From Dehalococcoidia bacterium (GTDB lineage Bacteria > Chloroflexota > Dehalococcoidia > Lucifugimonadales > VXLM01): a stretch of DNA of 64,000 nt. Below the pieces are notes generated by a model. It was given only the letters and a program-made list of their open reading frames with translations. It was not told where the DNA came from and did no database searches. This document shows positions 1 to 9,600 of the stretch, in pieces. Each line of letters begins with the position of its first letter. Within the stretch, counting starts at the first letter, position 1. The position numbers and the translations under genes were made by a program. The DNA lies in the NCBI GenBank assembly GCA_034421575.1, contig DAOUKG010000032.1:6873-70872 (forward strand), written 5' to 3'.

Positions 1-2166
1 CCGAAACTGGCCTTCACTTCCCGCTTCACCCCGAAGGAAGACGTGGACCTCGCAGTCCCGGAAATAACCCTCGAACAGCTTGAAGAGACCATCGCCGACA
101 TGCCTCCACCCGAAGACGTGGACATCACCCCAGACGACCTTGTCGAGATCATGTTCACCTCCGGCACCACCGGCGATCCAAAGGGCGTCATGCTCACCCA
201 TCGGAATCTGACAGCCAACATCGAGGGCATATCTCAATACATCTCCTGCGACCCTTCCAGCAGACTCCTCTCCATCCTTCCGCTGAGCCACATGTACGAG
301 CAGATGGGCGGTCTCTTCATCGCCCTCAACTCCGGCGCGAGTGTGACCTATCCCACGAGCCGCCAGCCCACCGTCCTCGCCCGGACGATGCGCGAGCGCA
401 GGATCACCATCCTGCTCCTCGTTCCCCAGGGACTCGAGCTCCTCATGAACGGCATCGAACGCGAGATTACCCGGCAGGGCAAGAAGGCCCTATGGGAACG
501 CCTCCTAAAGGTAGCCGAGCGGACCCCCTTCCGCCTCCGTCGTGTCCTCTTCCGTCGAGTCCACAAGCAGTTCGGCGGCAAGCTCGACTTCATCGTCTCC
601 GGCGGCGCTGCCCTCGACCCCGATCTCGGCAGAAAATGGGAGCTGCTCGGCGTCAAGATCGTGCAGGGTTACGGCGCTACTGAGGCCTCGCCCGTCATCA
701 GCAACCACGCAATCGAGGAGCGAGGCATCGACTCGACCGGCCGCCCGCTCCCAAATGTCGAGGTTACGATCAGCGACGCAGGCGAGATCCTCGTGCGCGG
801 CGACAACGTCACTCCAGGATACTGGCGCGCGCCCGAAGAGACCGCCGCGGCCTTCGACGGCGACTGGTACCGGACAGGAGACCTCGGCTACTTCGACGAC
901 GAGGGCTTCCTCCACATTCAGGGCCGCCTCAAGGACATGATCGTCCTTCCCAGCGGCCAAAACGTCTTCCCGGAGGACATCCAAGCCGTCCTCACCAAGC
1001 ACCCGAATGTCACCGACGCCGCCGTCATCGGCCTGACCAAGGGCTCGTCCGTGGAGGTACACGCCGCCCTCATCTTGGACGACCCCAGTACCGCCCAGGC
1101 CGCCGTTTCCTGGACCAACGACCAACTCGCCGAACAGCAGCGAATCCGTGGCTTCACCGTCTGGCCCGATGAGGACTTCCCCCGCACCCACACTCTCAAG
1201 GTCAAGAAGCGCATCGTCATCGACACCATCCTCGGCAAGATACAGCCCGATAGTCCCGTGGCCGCAACCTCCGGCAGCAGCCCTTCAGGGGGAGCAAGAG
1301 GCCTCAACCACATCATCGCCGAGGTAAGCAAACGAGACGTAACAGAAATTACTGACGATGCGGCACTCGGCGACGACCTCGACCTTGACTCCCTCGGACG
1401 AGTCGAGCTTCTCTCGGCTATCGAGGCTGAGTTGGGAGTCTACATGGACGAGAGCCAGTTGGATCAAGACACGACCGTCAAACACCTGACCGACCTCGTC
1501 GAGGAGGGTTCCAAGAACCCGCTCATGATGAGCTTTCCTGCTTGGGGTATGCGCTGGTGGTGCCGCATCCTTCGCGGCTTCCTCCAACGGGTAATCATCT
1601 TTCCCTTAGTCAGCCTACCCTACAGCCTCAAGATAACCGGTCGCGAGCGCCTCGAAGGCGTCGCCGGCCCCGTCCTCTTCGCATCCAACCACAGCCTCGG
1701 TCTCGATAACCCCCTAATCATAAGGGCCATTCCCAACAGACTCCGACGCCGCATGGCCATAGCCGGAGCCGCTCAGCTCTGGAAGAACCCCATCTTTTGG
1801 CTTATGAACCCACTCCTGGGCAACGGCTTCCCTCTCGCCAAGGAAGGCGCCGTCCGCCCCAGCCTCGAAAACATGGGCAAGATCATCGACGACGGCTGGT
1901 CCGTCCTCATCTACCCCGAAGGTGAACTCACCGTCGGAGGCCCCATCAAGCCCTTCATGAGCGGCGCCGGTCTCGTAGCCGTCGAAGGCCGCCTTCCCGT
2001 CGTCCCCCTCCGCCTCCACATCCACAAGCTGGGATTCCCTTCGCGCTTCCCCATCCTCCCACGGGGAAACGTCGAAATCCGCATAGGCAAGCCCGTCCTC
2101 CTGTCCCCCGACACCGACTACCAGGACGCCACCGCCGCCATCGAAAACGCCGTCAAGTCTCTCTGA
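1..2166 (+). CDS. Aas-like multidomain protein: AMP-dependent acyl-CoA/ACP synthetase + ACP + PlsC-type acyltransferase (5' partial)
   Basis: Frame is open from base 1. AMP-binding FTSGTTGDPKG, GYGATE and TGDLG; ACP motif DLDLDSLGRVELL; acyltransferase NHSLGLD and YPEG. Confidence 0.9.
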   Translation, partial: PKLAFTSRFTPKEDVDLAVPEITLEQLEETIADMPPPEDVDITPDDLVEIMFTSGTTGDPKGVMLTHRNLTANIEGISQYISCDPSSRLLSILPLSHMYEQMGGLFIALNSGASVTYPTSRQPTVLARTMRERRITILLLVPQGLELLMNGIEREITRQGKKALWERLLKVAERTPFRLRRVLFRRVHKQFGGKLDFIVSGGAALDPDLGRKWELLGVKIVQGYGATEASPVISNHAIEERGIDSTGRPLPNVEVTISDAGEILVRGDNVTPGYWRAPEETAAAFDGDWYRTGDLGYFDDEGFLHIQGRLKDMIVLPSGQNVFPEDIQAVLTKHPNVTDAAVIGLTKGSSVEVHAALILDDPSTAQAAVSWTNDQLAEQQRIRGFTVWPDEDFPRTHTLKVKKRIVIDTILGKIQPDSPVAATSGSSPSGGARGLNHIIAEVSKRDVTEITDDAALGDDLDLDSLGRVELLSAIEAELGVYMDESQLDQDTTVKHLTDLVEEGSKNPLMMSFPAWGMRWWCRILRGFLQRVIIFPLVSLPYSLKITGRERLEGVAGPVLFASNHSLGLDNPLIIRAIPNRLRRRMAIAGAAQLWKNPIFWLMNPLLGNGFPLAKEGAVRPSLENMGKIIDDGWSVLIYPEGELTVGGPIKPFMSGAGLVAVEGRLPVVPLRLHIHKLGFPSRFPILPRGNVEIRIGKPVLLSPDTDYQDATAAIENAVKSL

Positions 2167-2244
2167 CACCCGCCATACCCGATCAAGACCTATCACAAAA
2201 CTCGCATCCACAAGTTCCAAGTGGATAGGCGATAGGGAAAAACA

Positions 2245-2270
2245 CGTTCGCCCTGAACCTGTCGAAGGGC
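2245..2270. repeat. REP-like element (CCCTTCGACAGGCTCAGG family, reverse orientation)
   Basis: cgttcgccctgaacctgtcgaagggc is the reverse complement of the motif at 30727, 33880, 40829, 43323 and 45264. Confidence 0.6.
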
Positions 2271-2314
2271 AAGTCAACGCTAATACTGACAGTTTGAGGC
2301 AGTATCCAAAGCAA

Positions 2315-2743
2315 ATGAACCCCTCCTGCGTCTTCTGCAAAATCAACGACGGCAAACTCCCCGCAAGCTGGATATATCGGGATGACACCGTAATGGCGCT
2401 CCTGGACATCCAACCTGTCAACGACGGCCACACCCTGCTCATTCCCACAACCCACACACCGAGCATCGCCGACCTGGACGACGCGATCACCGCCCGGATC
2501 TTCACACTGGCCTGCCGAATCACGAGGGGACTCTACAAAACTCTGGGATGCGATGGCATCAACTGGATTGTCGCCGATGGAGAGGCCGCCGGGCAGGAGG
2601 TATTCCACTTCCACATCCACCTCATTCCTCGCTATCACGACGACGGCTTCGGCTTCCGATTCCCCGACGGTTATAGCGAGCTTCCCACGCGACAAGCCCT
2701 CGACTACACTGCCTGTGCGATCAGACATGCCATCGAATGCTGA
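2315..2743 (+). CDS. HIT family hydrolase
   Basis: N-terminal CVFCKI and the HxHxH triad (HFHIHLIP); ATG at 2315 preferred over the TTG at 2294. Confidence 0.9.
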   Translation: MNPSCVFCKINDGKLPASWIYRDDTVMALLDIQPVNDGHTLLIPTTHTPSIADLDDAITARIFTLACRITRGLYKTLGCDGINWIVADGEAAGQEVFHFHIHLIPRYHDDGFGFRFPDGYSELPTRQALDYTACAIRHAIEC

Positions 2744-2848
2744 CCCACAACCCGCGTAACGCCCCCAACAACCACGCCCTTCGACCGCACATTTTCCCTA
2801 GACCCCGCTCCGCTCCGTAAGCTATACTGAAGTCCTGACCCGCCTCGT

Positions 2849-2924
2849 GGGGATATAGCTCAACTGGGAGAGCGCGGCGTTCGCAATGCCGAGGTTGGGG
2901 GTTCGAGTCCCCCTATCTCCACCA
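2849..2924 (+). tRNA. tRNA-Ala (anticodon CGC)
   Basis: 76-nt cloverleaf: acceptor GGGGATA/TATCTCC with the G3:U70 Ala determinant, anticodon loop TT-CGC-AA, T-loop GTTCGAGTCC, encoded CCA. Confidence 0.97.
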
Positions 2925-3301
2925 TAGACTCCCATACTCATAACTCCGCCGTTGAGGACGATCTCTGCGACGTCTCCTCCTATGGGACTGTCCTACGGCG
3001 TGGGAAGTGTGTAACGTACCTTAGCCTCGCCGGGTCCAATCACTATCTCCTTGACGAACGACCGGATGAAAGCCCGCGACTCGGTGACTGCGGCCCGGTT
3101 GTCGGCCGATCGCTTCCTCGCCTGAGTGAAGGGTACAGCAGGATACCTGCCCAGACCGATATACCGCCGTCTCCCATCGATAGTAATGCGCTGAACCCAA
3201 CTCTTTCTCCCAGTCTTGCCAATGTACAAGTACAGACCCTCGCCGTCGGAATAGCGCCCAGGGTCGCAGAGTGACTTCATGCTCGCCACGGATAGCCTCA
3301 A
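2925..3301 (-). pseudogene. Chimeric integrase scar: tyrosine-integrase Arm-DNA-binding N-terminus fused to the C-terminus of a large serine recombinase
   Basis: 3086-3301 encodes GRYSDGEGLYL...KSWVQRITIDGRR...GLGRYP (P4-type Arm domain). 2925-3085 encodes SRAFIRSFVKEI..YTLPTP*DSPIGGDVAEIVLNGGVMSMGV, which aligns with the end of the recombinase at 26142-27770. There is an internal TAG at 2993-2995. Confidence 0.85.
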
Positions 3302-3651
3302 GTCGTGCCCTCCATCTCATCTGTTTCCACACTTTGCGTGGGAACGCAAGGGAATTATGGATGTCGGTCGAGATCCGTAAAGTCGGTCAAAAGTGGGGTT
3401 GTTGATAATATTCACAACTATGAATGCAGGTGTTATTGATACACAAAGAGACAGTTTGGGAACATCGGAGAAAGAGGTATTGTGGTGGGCCAAGGTTCAA
3501 CTGTAGACAGAACTATCTTCGAGATGACGATGGGACTGCGAGGATGGGCATGGGAGTTGGTTCAGAGAGTCTCTTCCATCACCCCGGCCACCCCGTCATG
3601 GTGGCAACGCCCACTCTCAGCGAGGGTACCTTCAGGCAGTTGGCGCGGCGG

Positions 3652-6600
3652 CTAGAGCCAGTGCCGCCTGCGCTGGAAGGGATAGCTCGGTATCGAGATT
3701 CGACGCCGGAATTCACCTGCAAACAGGCCGGTAAACGAGATGTCCAATCCGGCCTCGTAGGCCTGTGCCACGGCTCTCACGAACCCTTCATCGGACTCAG
3801 GTGATTCACCATCATTTGGCGGATTTTCCAAGGGGGAGAGTATGACCGGCACTTCCGATGAATCCGGCCAAGTGTCGCCGATTATCCGTTCCATCGTGGA
3901 GTCGGGACCGATTCCCACCACAACATCGACGCCGAGTTGGGCCAGAGTCTCCACGTGGCCGGAGAGAAGGGTGGGCACCTGATCCTCCCCAAGCCAGTAG
4001 TCGATACCGAGCGCGTCAAGAGACTCCACCATCTGGCCGGTTGGGGTGTTGACGAACGGGAGAGACGGCACAGCGAACGTGACGCCGTCGAGCGTCGTTT
4101 GCAGACTCTCACTCGCGGCTTGCGAATCAAACTCCGTCTGGGTCTCCTTCAACTCTCCCAGAGCCACGGCCAGACGCAAACCCTCGTCCAGGCTGAATAC
4201 TCCGGCCGCCTGCGCCGCTGCAATTCTTCCCGAACCTTGCGCCACCGCCGCGCTGGGGCGTATGCCGATGCTTGCCCATTGCGCGGTCAGGGCGCACTGA
4301 AGCGCGTAAATGGCCGGCTCAGCCCATGCCGGATCATTCAGGTCGTGCTCGATGCCGGGGCGACCGAACATCACATCCAGCAAGGAGGTTCCACGCTCTT
4401 GACGAACCAGGTCATCGCACCTGTCCAGCACTGTCCGTACGACCGGTTCGCTCCGATAGAGCGCCTCTCCCATGCCAGCCCACGTCCGTTCATACCCGGT
4501 GAACGCGAATGCTACTCTGCCCGCCTCACGAGGCGTTTCCCCATCCGACGCCTCATCTGTGTCAGCCAGCGCACGGAGTTTCTGTCGAAGTTGCTCGGCA
4601 TCGCTGAAGACCAGCCCGGTGCGATGTGCGAAGTGGCTCCGGCCCACGCTGGCAGTCCAGGCCATATCGGACAGCATCGCATCGGATTCGGAGCCTTCTT
4701 CGCCGTCGAGCCATGAGAGATAGCGCTTTACCGATTCACGGAGCGCGCCTTCCGACTTGCCGGAAAGCGGCAACAGGCGAACGGTTCGTTCCGTCGGAGC
4801 TTCGTCGGAGATCGAGACGGCGTCGGTCTGTTCGGGGAGCGACATAGGTATCGGTTGGGGAGCGCCCGTTGGCAGGCGTGTACCGTTGGGGTCCACTAGG
4901 TCACCCGGCGTGGCGCCGTAGCCTTCGAGCAAGACGTGGGCGTTGGTACCAGACAAGCCGAACGCGTTGACACCCGCCAGAGGAAGTCGGCCCGAATTGG
5001 TCGGCCAAGCCGTCTTGTCGGACATTATCCGAACCGGCATTCGGTCCCATTCGACGTTTGGGTTCGGGTCTTGGTAATGGAGATGTGGAGGGATCACTCC
5101 CTTATTCATCGAGAGGACGGCCTTGATGAAAGCCGCGATTCCGGCAGCCCACTCAAGGTGTCCGATGTTCGACTTGACGGTTCCGACGAGCAGGGGTCGA
5201 TCTTCGTCTCGGCCCTTGCCGTAGACCGAGCTCGCGGCATTCAACTCGATAGGGTCTCCGAGCTGAGAGCCGGTCGCGTGCGCTTCCAGGTAGTCCACGT
5301 CCGATGGGGAAACGCCGGCCTGGGCAAGCGCATCCGTCATAACTCGCTCTTGGGCGGGACCATTGGGCACCGTTAGACCCGCGCTCGCGCCGTTCTGGTT
5401 GACCGCAGACCCCCGTATCACGGCGTAAATGCGGTCACCGTCGGACTCGGCTTCGCTCAAACGCTTCAGCACGACCATTCCGCAACCCTCGCCACGGACG
5501 TAGCCGTTTGCAGAGGCGTCAAATGGGCGGCAGTATCCCGTAGGCGACAACATGCCGATTTCCAACATGAATGCGGAAGTTGAGGGGGAAAGTACCACGT
5601 TGACGCCACCGGCGAGAGCGAGATCAACTTCGCCTGTCTGGAGGCTTACAGCCGCTTGGTGTACCGAGGCCAGCGACGACGCGCAGGCCATGTCGACGGG
5701 CAATGCCGGTCCCTCCAGGCCCAGCGCGAAGGCGATCCGGCCGACGGCTACGCTTCCGGTTGTGCCGAGGAAACCATGTGCCAAGCTGTGGGATTGCAGC
5801 AGATCACGGTACTCGCTGGTGCCAACTCCCGCGTATACGCCGGTGCGGCTGCCTCTAAGACTGTCCGGGGCAACTCCCGCGTCCTCGAGGGCCTGCCAAC
5901 TCGTCTCGAGCAACATCCGCTGCTGGGGGTCCATCAACCGCGCCTCGATCGGCGAAATGCGGAAGAACCGCGAGTCGAACCAGTCAATCCCATCGACAAA
6001 CGCGCCTCGTCGATTTATCACTTCCTCAGCATCGGGGTCACCGACGGCGCCGCTCCAGGAACCGTCATCCCGGCGGCCTTCGGTAATTGCATCGGCACCC
6101 GCTTCCAGGAGCTTCCAGTATTCGGCCAAGTCATTGGCGCCGGGGAAGCGGCAGGCCATGCCCACGACCGCGATTGCGTCTTCATCGGTCCTCGTCGACA
6201 CGCCGGGTTCGGGGGTAAGCGGTTCAGGGGATGCGGGCGATGAAGGAGCATCGTCGACTTCGCCAAGCTGACCGAGCTCTTCGGCCAGGTGAGTCGCGAG
6301 GGCCGTGATGTCGGGATAGTCGAATACGGCAGTGTTGGAGACGACGTACTCGCCTGACAGGGCACGATTCAGCCGGTTCCGAAGCTCCACCGCCATCAGC
6401 GAGTCCATTCCCAAGTCGAAGAAACCAACCGAAGCGGCCGGAGCGGATTGCAGGCGCAGCACCGCTTGAATTTCGCCTTGCAGGAAGGAGGAAAGCAACG
6501 AGGCCCAGTCCGTGGCGGGTCTTTGCCGTAATTGGGAAAGGAGGTCGGCGTCATCCACGTCGGCAGATTCGTCAGTTTCCGAGTCCTCGGTAACCAACTC

Positions 6601-9600
6601 ATCAAGGAACGGGTTCTTCTCTTCGAAGTTCTCCGCGAATACCGGCCAATCCACCACCGCAACCATGCCGGCAGTCAAGTCCTGCCGTACCAGTTGATCG
6701 AAGGCCTGGAGACCTTGCTCCGGCGCGATCCATCCAGTGCCCGACGCGGCCAGTTGTCGTTCAATTCGTTCGCGCTGCTCTTCGGCTTCGCCCAGCCCTG
6801 ACCAGGCACCCCACGCGATAGATTGACCGGGGAGTCCCAGGGACCTCCGGTATGCGGCCAGCTGGTCCAAGTAGGTGTTTGCCGCGGCGTGATTGCCCTG
6901 GCCCGAGTTGCCCAGTACCCCAGTGATGCTGCTAAAGAGGACGAACAGGTCGAGGTCTTGATCGAGTGTCGCCTTGTGCAGCTGCCAAGCGCCCAATACC
7001 TTTGGCCACAGGACCTGTTCGAAGCGTTCCCAAGTCTGGTTTCCCAGGGAGCCGTCGGACAGCACTCCCACGCTATGGATGACGCCAGCCAGGGGAGGCA
7101 TTTCAGCGTCCATCCGGGCCAGCATGGCGTCAATCTCTGCAGGTTGGGTCGCGTCGGCCAACTCGACCCGCACGTCGACGCCGCGCTGTCTGAGAGCCTC
7201 AATCACTTCCACGGCCTCTGGGTCGGGAGACCTACGCCCGTTCAGAACAATCACACCGGCCCCGTGGTCCGCCAGCCATTCGGCCACTACGGTACCGATG
7301 CCTCCCAGGCCCCCGGTGACCAGGTACGTACGGTCAGGCCGCAATCGACCGCCGGCCATGGGCGGCAACGCAAGCACGTTCTTTCCGATGTGCCGGGCCG
7401 ACCTCATAAAGTCCATGGCGGCTCCGGCTTCGGCAATGGGCCATCGGGTATGCGCCAACGGCTTCAAAGAGCCGGCCGATATCTTCTTCATCACGTCACG
7501 GAGCACGGCGCCCGGAACGGTGGGTTCATTCAATTTCAGCCAGTCCAATTCCAGGATTGAGTAGGACACATCCGGACGCGATGCCGCCATCTCCTCTGCT
7601 GTCCAGATGTCCCGCCTGCCCATCTCCACGAAACTTCCACCGTCAGCCAGGCAGGAGAGACCGGCCTCGATGAACCCGGGGCCGGTGAGGCTGTTGAGCA
7701 CCATGTTTACGCCGGCGCCGTTCGTGGCCTCCAGGATGTCCTGCCCGAATTCGGCTGTTCGACTATCGAAGACGTGCTCGATCCCCAGCGAACGGAGATA
7801 GGCCTGCTTGGGGGAACTTGCCGTGGCGAACACCTCCAACCCTGCTGCCTGCGCCAGTTGTACCGCAGCCAGTCCCACACCGCCCGAAGCGGTGTGGATT
7901 AGCACTCGATCTCCCGCCTTCAAGTCAGCCATCTCGAAGCTCAGCCCGGCACTAACGAAGGCAGAGGGTATGGTTGCCAGCGCTGACGCCGAAATCCCCC
8001 CCGGCGCAGCAGCAACCAGATCCGCCCTCGTTACGACCTCGGGACCGAACGTGCCGAAGGCCAGTCCGACCACCCGGTCGCCCACGGCGAAGTCCGTGAC
8101 GTCCGGGGCTGCTTCCACTATTCGTCCGGAGAACTCCTCGCCCAACTTAGGGTCTGCCGAATTCACGACACCCATACTGAGTAGAACGTCAAGAAAGTTC
8201 AGGCCGACCGCGTCCACCGCCACTCGAACCTGGCCCGGCGCAAGGGGCTGATCCTGTACGGGTTCGGCGTGCAGTCCTTCCAGCGCTCCCTCCGCACCCG
8301 GCATAAGACGCCAAGCCGATTCTTCCGGCAACTCCAGTCGTACTCTTGAACTGCCGCTTCGGATCAGGCGAGCGGCCAGGCGGTTGCCGTCCCGGTAAGC
8401 GACCTGAGTTTCCTGATCGGGGTGCGTTAGCTCATCGGCCAGATGAGCAATCCGGGCCGGGTTGGCGGGGTCGAGATCCAGCAATTGTGGGCGAAGGTAT
8501 CCCGCTTCCCGCGCAACCGCCCTGCCGAAACCCCACAGGGTGGCCCCCGCCAGTTCTCCAACATTCTCGCCCATGTAGTCGCGCTCCAGGGCCTGCGCTC
8601 CCAACGTTATGAACCAGAGGCCTTTCTCCGGAGCAACATCGGCATCCAATATGCCCTGCACCAAGGCCAGGGCGGTGCTCCCGGCACTCTTGGCATCCTC
8701 GAGGAGTTGGGCCGTGGAAGCCTGCGGCCCGTGTCCATCGAGGGCATTCAGATGCAACACGCCTTGTAGCGGGATGTCCTTGGGGAGTTCCTTCAAGAGG
8801 TCCTGCCATGATTCCCGGCTGCCAGCCGATACGGCCCTCCGAACAATGTTGACCTCACTTACCGGCGTCTCGGATGGCCGGCTCGGCTCTGCCAGCACGA
8901 CGCTCTGGTTTCTGGACTCCAGTTCTCTGGCCAGCAGCAGGCCCGTACCGCCCGAATCCGAGGATATGACCCACGACCCGGGAGATTGAGCAATTTCCGC
9001 CGGGCCCTGCGCGAGAATAACGCTGGAGCCGAACGGCCCGCCTTCGTCGGCGCCCTCCGTCCCGAGGAAGCCCACCTCGTCATAGCCCGAATCCAACAGC
9101 GCCCGGCACCATATCGATGGATGGGCCATGGCGTGAGACGGCCGGTAATCGTCGGCGAACCGCCACCAGCCATCAAGCAGGCCAAAGGTGATGTCCTGCC
9201 AGCCGCGACCGCGCATGTTCTCAAGGGCCATCAGTTGGCCGGAGGGTGCGAGCAGTTCGCGGCAATGGGTCAGGGTTTCGCCCAAATCACGGGTAGCGTG
9301 AAGCACGTTCGCTGCAATAATCAGATCATAGGCATGGGATTCGAAACCCTGGTTTGACGGATCCCTTTCAATGTCCAATGGGCGGTATTCGATCGGTATT
9401 TCGGAACCGCTGAAGCGGTCTTCGGCTTCCGCGAAGAAGCCGGCCGAGATATCAGTGAACACGTAATCGCACTCCGCCGGGAGTTCCGGCAGTACCACCG
9501 ACGTCGCCGAACCAGTGCCTGCGCCGACCTCCAGCACACGCAAGCGTCGTTCGCCCGTCCAGTCCCTCACCACTCGGGCTACGGCGTCTGCCAGGAGCCG

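Noticed and set aside
2849-2924. tRNA-Ala with a CGC anticodon as unusual decoding
   Set aside because: This isoacceptor is normal in GC-rich bacteria, and the G3:U70 identity element is standard.
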